Source of the DNA: Myxococcota bacterium
GTDB taxonomy: Bacteria > Myxococcota > XYA12-FULL-58-9 > JABJBS01
DNA: 43,177 bases
Assembly: GCA_036339465.1 (NCBI GenBank)
Contig: JAYZAY010000016.1
Location: 1 to 43,177 of the forward strand
Reading direction: 5' to 3'
Part shown: positions 9,987 through 20,553 of the stretch, in pieces
Position numbering within the stretch: position 1 is the stretch's first letter
How the letters are laid out: the number at the start of each line of letters is the position of its first letter
Program-made: the position numbers and the translations under genes
The notes under the pieces: model-generated
What the model saw: the letters and a program-made list of their open reading frames with translations, nothing else
What the model was told of the DNA's origin: nothing
Database searches by the model: none

Positions 9987-10910
9987 TCACATCGCTTGCT
10001 GGAATGTCTTTCGATGGGGAGGGCGGGATTCCATATCAACATCGGTTAGGGTCAGGGGGGGGAAATGCGCCTGGGAGCGGTCCTTTAACGTCATGCAGAT
10101 ACCCATATTGGCTTCCTCAATAACAATACCCTGATTCTGCTCTAACCACTCTTTAAACGTCAATTTACTCCCATCAGAGCAGGTCACCACGTTCCTTCCA
10201 ACTACGGCCATGTGAATATAAACCCTTCCCCCCTCAGCAAGGAGGTCAATGTATTTATTCAACACCGTAGCCGGCTTTGAAGAGTAAGGCAGAATCCCAA
10301 AGACATCCACGATCATCGACATCGCTCCAAAATCCCCCTTCAGTTCGTCGTTCTCGATATCTTCGAAAAATCGCCCCGTAAAGAGGGACACACCGCGCGC
10401 ATTGATCTTCTGCTTCGCGCTCGATGTCACAAAATAAGACACAGCGCTCACTTTAGCTCCATCGTCCCCGGCCGACTTCACGTAATCCATCACCGCCACA
10501 CACTGCCCCGCCCCTGCATCGAGGAGATGGTCCTTCGGACCCAACCCCGAGACTCTTTCCCCAAACTCCGCACCAAAGATGCGGGTGTATTTCTCGATGC
10601 CGCGTCGCACCACGAAGTAGTTTTCTCGAATTGTTGCCTTGGTCGCTAACGCGGCCTGTTGCCCAAGAGAGGGCACCGGCTTGAGGTGCTCGCAACGAAA
10701 AACAGACCCTACCGGGATCCCAAAAGGGTCCTCCCGAGGCGCCCATCGTTGTCTATTAACCCTCGGGTTCCACATGTCAGGGTCTGTTAAAGAGACGGGC
10801 CTCGCCTGATTAGCCAATGCCGCACCGGTGGCCAGAGCACCAACCCCCACTCCAATCCCCACCCCACGGGGCGGGATCCGGCCAATGAAAGAAGAAAGAA
10901 AACGTTGCAT
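9987..10910 (-). CDS. Class I SAM-dependent methyltransferase with basic/hydrophobic N-terminal extension
   Basis: Motif I LLDAGAG, later MIVDVFG and LLAEGGRVYI. Start set at ATG 10910, preceded by GGAGG. Confidence 0.75.
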   Translation of the reverse strand: MQRFLSSFIGRIPPRGVGIGVGVGALATGAALANQARPVSLTDPDMWNPRVNRQRWAPREDPFGIPVGSVFRCEHLKPVPSLGQQAALATKATIRENYFVVRRGIEKYTRIFGAEFGERVSGLGPKDHLLDAGAGQCVAVMDYVKSAGDDGAKVSAVSYFVTSSAKQKINARGVSLFTGRFFEDIENDELKGDFGAMSMIVDVFGILPYSSKPATVLNKYIDLLAEGGRVYIHMAVVGRNVVTCSDGSKLTFKEWLEQNQGIVIEEANMGICMTLKDRSQAHFPPLTLTDVDMESRPPHRKTFQQAM

Positions 10911-11000
10911 AAATTGAGCCTCCCGAGAAATAACATACAAGAATGGACTTGCTCCCGCGCTCACGCCACTAAGGCCGCACGGGGATGGGCCACATCTCGG

Positions 11001-11027
11001 TTATCGGCCCCAGCAACAACACGTTGT
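11001..11027 (-). promoter_or_regulatory. Putative sigma28 promoter ACAA-N15-GCCGATAA
   Basis: Perfect -10 and correctly spaced partial -35, about 90 nt upstream of ATG 10910. Confidence 0.45.
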
Positions 11028-11624
11028 TCATAATTTACGCTCAATTGGGCCGGGCTCATCCGCCAAAATGATGGCGGAGGAGGTCAAGGGTTGCCTCCCG
11101 AGCATTTTTAAAGCGGCGTGGTCCCCCTGCTCGCCCAGATAAATACTTTGCCCCCGCAAATCCTTATGGAGCATTTTACGATTTTCGAGTCGATAAGGTC
11201 CGGATTTTACCTCCACCGGAATTGCCTACCAACGCTTGGTAATATCAGCGTTTTTTGCGAAAACCAACTTCCCAAACAAAAGTGCTCCGCCCCTCATCCA
11301 CCTCGAAGAGTCCAAACACCGTCTTACCACCCTCTATTTCACACGCACCGGCCAGTGCGTCCTTTACCACTCCATAAGACTTTCTCCCTAGAAATCAGGA
11401 TTCATCTCTACCATCATCGCAATTGAGACGGAGGTCTTTACGTTTCTTGGCCCAAACCTACGCACTTTTACGCCCTTCGAAGAGCCGTTTATCAATTCGA
11501 GAGGAATAGCCGAAAAGACCAAACCTCCCCCTCCATCGGCGGCGCCCTTCATAATCGCTATAAGCTTCCGTTTGGGGATTGTTCCAGAAATACGCAATGA
11601 TGCCGGGGATCTCCCCCCCGTTTC

Positions 11625-11668
11625 TGCACTAAACATGCACTAGACATGCACTAGACATGCACTAAACA
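11625..11668. repeat. Intergenic tandem repeat, 4 x 11 bp TGCACTA(A/G)ACA
   Basis: tgcactaaaca-tgcactagaca-tgcactagaca-tgcactaaaca read directly. Confidence 0.95.
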
Positions 11669-12005
11669 AGGTACAAGATTCACTCATCTCGCCCTGCCTT
11701 GTTTTGATGATTGATGCCTTGCGGCTGTGGACCGGCCTATTCAAGCTCCGAGGGGAAGGTTTCGTGGTGTTTTCGCGGTGCTTTCGTGGAGCAGCGTCTT
11801 TATGGGACAGCGGGGGGTTGTAGAACTTGGGTGTGTGGCGACGGGGTCAGGAATTACAACTTCCGTGGCTGGCTTAGATTTCCTGCAGTGGGGTATTTTA
11901 GATGCTTAAGTGCCTCGAAACAGAACAGGTGTTGCAAAATCGGGCACTTCCTAGATACTTTACGTCGTGTTTTCGTTTGCGGAAAAACCGATTAAATTGT
12001 ATTAG

Positions 12006-13037
12006 ATGGGACTTATGCACATTCCCTCCCCCCTCATCCCCCTCTTTGATGATGGTATCATCCAAGAGGTAATCCGCCCTCTTATGAGCGGTAAGGAGGC
12101 GTCGGTTTACATGGTGCATGCACAAAACAAAGTTTGTGTGGCCAAAGTTTATAAGGAAGCCAATAATCGAAGTTTCCGGCAGCGCGCCGCCTATGCGGAG
12201 GGCCGGGCAGTCCGCAATACCCGTCAACGGCGGGCAATGGCCAAAGGTAGCAAGTATGGTAAGGCCCTGCTTGAGGCCGAGTGGCAAAATGCAGAAGTTA
12301 GCTCTCTCTACCGTCTCCATAACGCAGGTGTCCGCGTCCCGACTCCCTATCATTTTGGGGAGAATGTTCTCATTATGGAAATGATCACCAATGAGGATGG
12401 CAATCCCGCACCGCGACTTTGGGATGTGCAGTTAAACAGAACTGAAGCGCTTTCGGTGCATTCCTTCCTAATTCGCCAGATCGTTCGCATGCTTTGCGCG
12501 GGCCTCGTTCACGGAGATCTATCCGAGTACAACATCTTGATGTCCTCAGACGGACCGGTCATCATTGACTTACCCCAAGCCACAGACGCTGCCCATAACC
12601 AAAACAGCGAGCGTATCTTTCTGCGAGATGTCAAAAACCTAGGCATGTTCCTCAACCGGTTTGCCTCACGGCTCCAAAATACGCAGTATGGCCCTGAAAT
12701 CTGGGATCTTTACACGAAGGGTAAGCTCCACCCCGATTCCGTACTGACCGGTCGTTTCAAACGCGACACTCGCCAGGCGGACACTGTGGGGATTTTGGCC
12801 GAGATTCAGGCATCTTCCAACGATGCTCGTGCCAGACCTTTAAGTGCCTATCAGGAGAAACGACAGCGGAAACTCGCCGAGGCCCTTGCCGAGGCTGAGC
12901 GGGATGCCCAGCGGATTGAAGCCAGCAAAGCTCAACCGAAGCCCAAGGTTAAACCCAAGGTTAAGCCCAAGGTTAAGTCCAAGAATACGAGCGGCACCCC
13001 AAACAAAGAGCGCCGTCGCCGTCAACGACGTCCGTGA
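12006..13037 (+). CDS. RIO1-like serine protein kinase (PA4780 family)
   Basis: LMSGKEASVY, AKVYK, WQNAEV, VHGDLSEYNIL, IIDLPQA; basic C-terminal tail with KPKV repeats. Confidence 0.95.
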   Translation: MGLMHIPSPLIPLFDDGIIQEVIRPLMSGKEASVYMVHAQNKVCVAKVYKEANNRSFRQRAAYAEGRAVRNTRQRRAMAKGSKYGKALLEAEWQNAEVSSLYRLHNAGVRVPTPYHFGENVLIMEMITNEDGNPAPRLWDVQLNRTEALSVHSFLIRQIVRMLCAGLVHGDLSEYNILMSSDGPVIIDLPQATDAAHNQNSERIFLRDVKNLGMFLNRFASRLQNTQYGPEIWDLYTKGKLHPDSVLTGRFKRDTRQADTVGILAEIQASSNDARARPLSAYQEKRQRKLAEALAEAERDAQRIEASKAQPKPKVKPKVKPKVKSKNTSGTPNKERRRRQRRP

Positions 13038-13710
13038 TCTCCTATTCATTTGTTTCTCGCTTAAACTCTGGCTAAAACCTGGTCCGTACCCATGTCCTAA
13101 CGAGCGTGATCTGAGTGTGAGCCGACTCCATGGGAATCGGAGCCCCAAACTCCACAGCACGCAGTAAAGGAACTGCAGTGTGCAAGCTGGCCTATATCTT
13201 CACCGATATTGATGACACTTTCTAACAGCTCCCGAATGGCTTTAAAACGCTCGGCCTTAGGATTGGCAAGGTGGCGTTTGAGGGCCAATTCAAACTCCCT
13301 GGGGTTTGCCTATCCCCTGACCCTGAGTCGATCAGAGGCTCGTTATCTAGCGCCTCCACCTGATAACTGGCCCAAGTATTTCGCCTCGAAACCTCGGCCT
13401 GAAAAACACCCGAACTTTCAGGGTGTCGTCAATAGCCAAGCAGGCCAAGCTTATCGTGAAGACGGAAATTACCGAGACCCTCCAAAACCCTCCGGCACCT
13501 TCGGAGGATGCGAGAACGGGTTTTGGAGATACGTCCTTATCTTGTTTTGCAAATATTTCCACCAAGAGTGGTTTCTGGCCCCCGAAGGAATTCCAATACT
13601 GGTGGTCCTGAGCACGGTAAGGAAGCTCTGATTTACTTCGGCGATTTGGGTATAGGCTCAAAACAGGCGTTGCAAAATAGGGGCCACCCCCGCTTATCAG
13701 CGGCTGCACT

Positions 13711-14949
13711 TTAGAGAAAATGAACCGGGACCTGAATAACCCTGTCGCTTAATTGCTCCACTCTCTTACCCGAATTAATCAACAAACCAAATTCCAAATT
13801 CAGATCTGAAATTAGATTATTCAAACCTCTTAGGGCTTGTTTTTTAACCGTTGAGCCTAGTTTAATCTCCACAGGAATGATGCCGAATGGAGCATCTATC
13901 ACTAAATCAACTTCCGACTTATCCACAGTTCGGTAGTAAAAGAACTCAAGTTGGGTTTCACCAGTACATTGCAATCCTCGAACAATCTCCTCGATCACGA
14001 AACTTTCAAATGAAAAACCCGCCACAGGATGAATCAGCAAGTCATCAGAACTTTGAATCTTGAGAAAGTGGTGCAAGAGGCCTTGATCTCTAAAAAAACC
14101 CTTATTGGACTTTTGTATCTTCTTGAGACTATTTTTCTCAAAAGGAGAAAGATTTCTCCAGATGAATGTTTGATGAACAATATCAAGATAATCCTTTACC
14201 GTAGGTACGGTCACCTCCAACGCCCGTCCAATATCGCTCATATTCAGTTGATGACCAGAAAATTGAGCAAGAAGGGTGAGAAAACGCCTAAAATTGTGGA
14301 TATTGAGCTTAGGGAATAGCCCCCGAACATCGCGGTTGATGTAATTTGAAATGTAGTTTTCCATCCAAAATCTATGATAATTCTCGTTCTGCTCACTTTC
14401 GATAAGTGGCTCTGGAAATCCTCCCTTAAACCAAATATTCATCGACTCTCTCAAACTCACTTCTGGTTTCAGCGACTTAAAGTCCTCAATTACGACGTTT
14501 TTCGAGGTCAACATTTCGTAAAAGGTGGGAAGTTTCTTTTCGTAATATTCACTTCCTTTGAAGGGCCACATCTCAATTGTGCTGATCCGTCCGGCTAAGC
14601 TTTCGGTCAAACCTTTGATGATTTCAGGTGAGCTAGAACCTGTTAAAAGAAAACGCCCCTTCTTTTTGCGATCTGAATCGATAACGCCTCGCAAAACTTT
14701 GAATAGATCGGGATACTGTTGGGCCTCATCGATAATCAGACTTTCCGAATGGAGCCGAAAGAAAGCGACGGGGTCACTTGTGATGAGCTGATAATCGTCA
14801 GGGCTCTCCAAATCATAATATTTCCAATCCGGATGGAGGTCCTTCACCAAAGTCGATTTCCCGCACTGCCGGGGACCAATCAAGGCCACCACAGGAAATA
14901 TTCTTAACATTTCGTCGATTTTTGAGCTTAAGCCCCTTATTTTACCCAT
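13711..14949 (-). CDS. AAA+ ATPase, AAA_14 + DUF4143 family
   Basis: Walker A GPRQCGKST, Walker B IIDEAQ, LTGSSS, ESLAGR, GGFP, C-terminal EVDLV...PVEIK nuclease-like motif. Confidence 0.93.
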   Translation of the reverse strand: MGKIRGLSSKIDEMLRIFPVVALIGPRQCGKSTLVKDLHPDWKYYDLESPDDYQLITSDPVAFFRLHSESLIIDEAQQYPDLFKVLRGVIDSDRKKKGRFLLTGSSSPEIIKGLTESLAGRISTIEMWPFKGSEYYEKKLPTFYEMLTSKNVVIEDFKSLKPEVSLRESMNIWFKGGFPEPLIESEQNENYHRFWMENYISNYINRDVRGLFPKLNIHNFRRFLTLLAQFSGHQLNMSDIGRALEVTVPTVKDYLDIVHQTFIWRNLSPFEKNSLKKIQKSNKGFFRDQGLLHHFLKIQSSDDLLIHPVAGFSFESFVIEEIVRGLQCTGETQLEFFYYRTVDKSEVDLVIDAPFGIIPVEIKLGSTVKKQALRGLNNLISDLNLEFGLLINSGKRVEQLSDRVIQVPVHFL

Positions 14950-15612
14950 GATATTTATACCTTACGCTTAAATATACGGCACAACAAGAGTTCATCCCCG
15001 AAAAATAAGACTTTGGCCCATGATACCGGTCTCGGTATTATGCACCAACATCTCAAGCCTCGGGACAAAATCGAATCCGCCAATCTACCGAAAAAAACGA
15101 CACAAATTTCAACAGAAAATCCCCACCTCCTTCTTCAAACCAACGGCGCCGTTGTGCCCATCGCTCTTCTGGGGCCAAGAGCACCCAAATACTTTTTCTG
15201 GGGCCCCCATAGCAGCCATAGAATCGACGCTTGCATCAAAACCATAGCACCCGCAGAGCAATTCGAAAGCGCGTCGTTGTCCATAACCCCCTTCTCTGCG
15301 CCTTTCAGCCATGAAAACAATCCTTCGACGAAAACCAAGCTAGACACGGCGCAATCCATCTACCACCTAGCGTGATAGTTCGTTCAGACGTTCCACGATA
15401 CTGACAACAGGCCTAACACAGCGCCCCATGGGATACGCATTTTTGAATCTCCGGCCATGGAAAATCACCCCCACCCTTCCCACGTATGGTCGTCAGGAAA
15501 CACTGAAGAGCGAGGGTGGATCTCTACTTTAAATCCTACGTCGGCGTGCTGTATTTTCCCTACCCACAAACCCGACCTTGAACAGTTCTATTTCTCCCAT
15601 TGACCCAGTATG

Positions 15613-16992
15613 CTACACACGACGGAAGTCATCGGTTGTCACCATGTGTTCTTCTAGCCGGGCGCGCATCGCCGCCAAGGTTTCAGCATGGGCGGATTCG
15701 CCCGCTAAGTTGTTGCGTTCGAGGGGGTCGTCGTTCAACGCATACAATTCTTCAGGCACCCTCGCTTCATGCCAGGTCTGTTCAGGTTCCAATGCAAGCA
15801 GACCCTTCCAAACGCCCTTGCCATCCCCTGAGCCCCAGGGGTCGTCGGTGAAGTTGCGAATATATTTGTAATCGCGTGTTCTCACAGCCCGCGCGGGCCG
15901 CAAAGCAACATGTCGTTCCATTTCCGAAAATAGCGCAACCGCAGGTTCCCAGCCCGGCGCCCCCAATAATAACGGAGCCAATGACCGACCTTGTGCCGAA
16001 GCCAGCGTAGGTGCTCCCGCCAATTCAAGAATTGTCGGTGCAATATCCACCGAACTTACCAATTCATCCAAACGGCCTGGTGACAACACCGCTGGCCATC
16101 GAAACATCAGTGGCGTGCCGACCCCACGGTCGTACAATGTCGTTTTGCACCCGGGAAACGCGGGGCCGTTGTCCGAAATAAAAACAACCAAAGTGTCGTT
16201 GGTCAAACCCATGGTGTCCATGCCATCGAGTAACTCTCCAATAAGAGCATCCATCCACTTCAGCTGGCTAAAATAGCCCGCAACCTCTTCCCTAATTTCG
16301 AGCCAGTCGGGTAGGCCCCACCACGCAGGCACTTCGGCATCGTCAAGCGAAACCTCAAATCCCTGCGCCTGCAAGAATTTCCCAAAGATGTTGCGGTGGG
16401 TCTGCATGTAGTTGAGTTCGAGGTAAAACGGGCCTTCCCCCTTCTTCTCTAAGAACGCAAGCGCATCATCGGTGCAGCGAATGACCTGGTCAAAATCGGT
16501 CAGTAGGTAATCGTCATAGCCAAACGCGGACGGCTCTTCCACCGAGGATAGATGCCACTTCCCCTGAATCGCGGTCGCATACCCCGACCCCGATAAAGTG
16601 CGAATAATATTGGGGTGGTCAATGGGTAGAGACAATTCAGGGTGCCGATGAACCAACCCCATCACGCCATTGGTGTGAGGATATTGCCCCGTAGCAAGGG
16701 CAGCGCGACTAGACGAGCAACTCGACACCACATCAAACGCATAATCAAAAGCCACCCCTTCATGCACCAATCGATCGAGCGCCGGCGTCGCAACTGTCTG
16801 CAAACCATAAGCCCCCACATCACGCCACCCAAGATCATCAGCTGTAATCACCACAATGCCTCGTGGCTTAGAAGCTCCCTGACCCACGGCTTGCGTGCAA
16901 GCCCCCGAACCCAAACCGGGCATGGAAGCAGCCGCTATTCCAAGTAGAGCGTTGCGATTGAATTGTCGGCGGGTCCATTGGTCGTCACTCAC
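15613..16992 (-). CDS. Tat-exported formylglycine-type (S1) sulfatase, N-sulfoglucosamine sulfohydrolase-like
   Basis: Twin-arginine TRRQF, ITADDLG, CSSSRAALATG, GKWHL, SDNG, K-x-x-LY, EELY-x-L-x-x-DP-x-E-x-x-NL. Confidence 0.92.
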   Translation of the reverse strand: MSDDQWTRRQFNRNALLGIAAASMPGLGSGACTQAVGQGASKPRGIVVITADDLGWRDVGAYGLQTVATPALDRLVHEGVAFDYAFDVVSSCSSSRAALATGQYPHTNGVMGLVHRHPELSLPIDHPNIIRTLSGSGYATAIQGKWHLSSVEEPSAFGYDDYLLTDFDQVIRCTDDALAFLEKKGEGPFYLELNYMQTHRNIFGKFLQAQGFEVSLDDAEVPAWWGLPDWLEIREEVAGYFSQLKWMDALIGELLDGMDTMGLTNDTLVVFISDNGPAFPGCKTTLYDRGVGTPLMFRWPAVLSPGRLDELVSSVDIAPTILELAGAPTLASAQGRSLAPLLLGAPGWEPAVALFSEMERHVALRPARAVRTRDYKYIRNFTDDPWGSGDGKGVWKGLLALEPEQTWHEARVPEELYALNDDPLERNNLAGESAHAETLAAMRARLEEHMVTTDDFRRV

Positions 16993-17659
16993 GCCCTACT
17001 CCTGTCATGATGCCGCGAGGGTTATCAATAATACTGTGTAATGATGGCGCCTTCAGTAGCACCTTACATCCAGGCGTTCAACTCTCGGCGATAATCGGAA
17101 CCCTGACGTAACCTCGCTATAGCTTCCCGGGCCCTTCGAGCAGAAACCACCAGTTTCGCTTCCCTGCGAGCTTCGCGGATCTCCGATGCCCGGTGGAGCT
17201 CCATCAATACCCCATGGTAATCAACGAGTTGCTGGCCATTTCAAACCGCCCTTTCTTATGGTTTCACATAAACCCCTAATCACCAGTTCCGATTCACAGA
17301 GCCGAAAAATCGAACCACATTGCAAAACCCGGCGAAAATCGAATTTGCGTTTTGCCTGGACCCAATCAGCGCTAATGCAAGTGCAGCTTAGGCCATTTAG
17401 GCATATGAGTGAACCGCTTTTTCCATTGTATCTATGCAAGCCCTTATAAAAGACTTCGACCTCGATAAATTTCTCCACAGGACAAGGCCATGTAAAGAAT
17501 CACACTTATTTTCATCGCTATCTTCAGTGAAGCCCCCAATTTCCTGGACATAAGCCCCGAGTTTTCCAAAAAAAAGAGCTTCAAAGCTCACATCACCAAG
17601 AAGGTCTTGGAAGTCCTAGGGAAGTTTGTTTCGCTTGTAATCTAAACGAGAAGTGGACC

Positions 17660-19960
17660 TTAAGCCTTAATAGCTTTGAGGCTGTCCACTAAATAGCAAC
17701 CAACTTTTTTGGTTTTTCCCTTCACATAAACCTCTTGGCGAGATTGAACCGAGACCACATCTTGAAGCAAGTCGTGGGTTGAATCCGCGATGAGAAGTCT
17801 GTTCACCGGTGCAATGGATTCTAATCGTTGAGCCTGATTCACCGTATCCCCAATGACGGTGTAGTCCCGGCGATGTAGCTTACTCCCGATATCCCCCATA
17901 ATGACTTTTCCGGAACTAATCCCAACTCGAATCTGAATATTAAGACCATTTTTTTCATTAAACTTGGTGAGAGCTTCGGTAATTTCGAGAGCAGTCCGTA
18001 CTGCTCGGTAGGCGCCATTTTCAACTCGGCCAAAAAGAACCATAATTGCATCACCGATGAATTTATCAATGAGGCCATCATGCTTCTTGATGATACCGAC
18101 GGCTAAATCGAAATAGCAGTTCAAGATTTCAACGACTCTCTCCGGATGCAGCTTCTCGCAAAGTCCGGTGAATCCGACAATATCGCAAAAAAGAACGGTT
18201 ACGAACTTCTCTTCGACCCGCATCGAACGCCCATCAGTGGCGTAGCTGCAAAAGCTCTCCGTTGCCCCCTGTAAAACCGCGTCAGAGAGGTACATTTTAA
18301 TGGCTTCATGCTGTTTTCGAAATGAATATTCTGAGAGCATCCGCTCAACGATAACAATGAGCTTATCAATGGTAAACGGCTTCGTGATATACTCATCTAC
18401 TCCGGCGCTGAATCCCTTAGCCCTTCCGCTTTTGTTGTCGCGGTTACTCAACATAATAATTGGGGTGAGTTTGAAGTTGGGATTTTCCCGAACCTTAAGA
18501 ACAAACTCCCGCCCCCCCATTTTGGGCATTTCTAAGTCCGTGAGGATAAGCTCAGGGTTGTGATTCTCGAGAATAGCTAAGGCGTCAATCCCATTTTCTG
18601 CGGCCATAGCGGTAAAGCCCTGATTCGCCAATCCCTGCACTATGTGATTGCGCAAAGACCGACTATCGTCCACAACCAATATCTTTGCGCGCCCACGACG
18701 AACCTTTCGATCAATCAACGGTCGTATTCGACTTAAGAGTTCGTCTCGATCAATGGGTTTCGGTAGATAATCATCCGCTCCAGATTCGAATCCTTTATCG
18801 ATATCGAGACCGGAGTAAAACCTGGAGCAAATAACAACGGGGATATCGCAAGTCTTGGGGTCGTTTTTTATTTTCTCGCAGAGCTCATACCCAGTCATAC
18901 CCGGCATCTCCACATCCATCAAAATGATGTCCGGCCTCTTCAGCTCGATGGCTTCCACCGCGTCGTGGGGGTCGGTAATTGGAATTAAATCAAATGTATC
19001 GTCCGCAAGCATTTCCCGAATAATGGTATGCACGGTCTTGTTATCGTCCACATGCATGATGGTAACGGTCTGGGTTAATATCTTGCGGAGAAGAGTCGTA
19101 AGCTGAACTTTATAAAATGGCACAGTGATAAACGCTCGCGCCCCAGCCGATCGAGCATCTGCTCGATGTGTATCATCGGATGAGAAGACCAGTACGGGCA
19201 ACTGACTGGTATTCGGGTTGGACGCCAATAAACCACAAACCTCAATCCCAGAAAGAGACTCTAAGTTCCTCTGAACAAGAAGAATATCGAATTTACCACT
19301 TTGCGCGGCCCGCAACACTGATGGCCCATCTCCTTCGACTTCAACAGTGTGAGGAAAGTTCTCCAATTGCCCTCGAATTATCTTTTCGTTGGTTCGACTA
19401 CCCGTCCCCACGAGAATTCGACACTCCTTCTTTTCCCTGTTTGCCGTTGCTTTGTTCTCATTTGTCTCATCTGGTTCTAGAATGGGTTCCCCTTGAACAC
19501 TTCCTTCAACCATCTGCTTCGACTCGACCTGTTGAACCAGTTCGTTCATAACCTTGGTGGCTGTGTTCATTTGAGATAGCTTCCCAACAATATCCAAGGT
19601 TTCATCCAACCGGCGAGCCAGGGTTTGAATGATGTGGCGAGCAACAACGTGATACTTCGTGACCCGCGAAGAAAACATTTCCCAATTAAGTGACTGCAAT
19701 TCAACATCAGTTTCTGCGGTAACCGTCGCGATCCGACTCTTAGTATTAAGAAGACTCATCTCCCCAAAAAAGTCGCCTTTCGATAATCTGGTCAGAACCT
19801 TTTCTTCACCAAGAATATACTTGGAGACAATAACCGACCCCGATGAAATGATAAACATCGTGGAACCTTCGTCACCCTCGTAGATAATGACTTCGCCCGG
19901 CTTATAGACAAGCCGACCAGCCTCTTCATCTGAGGGTGAATCTATCTCCGGTTTCACCAT
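17660..19960 (-). CDS. Class III adenylate cyclase with cNMP-binding domain and three receiver domains
   Basis: cNMP domain (GDFFGEMSLL, RIATV), REC x3, cyclase motifs LFCDIVGFT, DKFIGDAIM, YTVIGDTVNQAQRLES. Confidence 0.93.
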   Translation of the reverse strand: MVKPEIDSPSDEEAGRLVYKPGEVIIYEGDEGSTMFIISSGSVIVSKYILGEEKVLTRLSKGDFFGEMSLLNTKSRIATVTAETDVELQSLNWEMFSSRVTKYHVVARHIIQTLARRLDETLDIVGKLSQMNTATKVMNELVQQVESKQMVEGSVQGEPILEPDETNENKATANREKKECRILVGTGSRTNEKIIRGQLENFPHTVEVEGDGPSVLRAAQSGKFDILLVQRNLESLSGIEVCGLLASNPNTSQLPVLVFSSDDTHRADARSAGARAFITVPFYKVQLTTLLRKILTQTVTIMHVDDNKTVHTIIREMLADDTFDLIPITDPHDAVEAIELKRPDIILMDVEMPGMTGYELCEKIKNDPKTCDIPVVICSRFYSGLDIDKGFESGADDYLPKPIDRDELLSRIRPLIDRKVRRGRAKILVVDDSRSLRNHIVQGLANQGFTAMAAENGIDALAILENHNPELILTDLEMPKMGGREFVLKVRENPNFKLTPIIMLSNRDNKSGRAKGFSAGVDEYITKPFTIDKLIVIVERMLSEYSFRKQHEAIKMYLSDAVLQGATESFCSYATDGRSMRVEEKFVTVLFCDIVGFTGLCEKLHPERVVEILNCYFDLAVGIIKKHDGLIDKFIGDAIMVLFGRVENGAYRAVRTALEITEALTKFNEKNGLNIQIRVGISSGKVIMGDIGSKLHRRDYTVIGDTVNQAQRLESIAPVNRLLIADSTHDLLQDVVSVQSRQEVYVKGKTKKVGCYLVDSLKAIKA

Positions 19961-20553
19961 AGGGTCATTAAACTGTTAATTCATCCTGAAGTCAAAGCGG
20001 AATCATAGTCTGTAATCAGGTACGTCTGATAAAGCCACATCTGCGCATCAACCGCGTCAAACGGATCACCCGTCCCTGCTATCAGGATAAACCCTTGGTG
20101 TGTTGATTCCCCTCCCCTCTTTTGTGTTTGGGGAATTTCGCGACAACAACATTTCTGAACCGGGAATTGCATGCCCCCCCCCGTGATAACCAACGACATA
20201 ACTTCGGGGCTTGGGAATCAGAACCACGAGTTTCTAGGTGCGAGTTTTCGGGTTGGGGCGGTCCCCATCTTTTGGTTTCGGTTGCCCCCATCACGGTCAG
20301 ACCCTAAACTTCCACCGGGCCTGCAACCATAAAACGTCGTCAAACTAAGGGCATTTCCGGAGAAAATAGGCCACGGGCTTGTGGCAAATCCCCAAGACCT
20401 GTTTTTTAGGAGCTTTTGCGCCGAGACAGAAGAGGTGGCGAAAATGGAGTCCGCTGGTCCTTGCCAAAAAAAATCCATCGGGAATGCCCCGTCTATACCC
20501 GAAAATCATCACCTGCTAGAGTGGTATGTATACTTTAAGAAAGGCCGATTGAT

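Noticed and set aside
11028..11636. Minus-strand protein-like fragments interrupted by stops
   Set aside because: May be a decayed gene, but no family is identifiable, so it is not called.
13097..13709. Short overlapping ORFs between the RIO1 kinase and the AAA+ ATPase
   Set aside because: No RBS-supported start or recognisable motif; at most an unidentifiable remnant.
13919..13927. Perfect DnaA box TTATCCACA
   Set aside because: Single copy inside the AAA+ ATPase coding sequence, not clustered, and far from the apparent skew switch.
17040..17591. Short minus-strand ORFs between the cyclase and the sulfatase
   Set aside because: Fragmentary with multiple stops; no assignable family.
20544..20551. 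GCCGATTG as a sigma28 -10 for the CheX-like gene
   Set aside because: Imperfect, lacks a -35, and lies too close to the ORF start.
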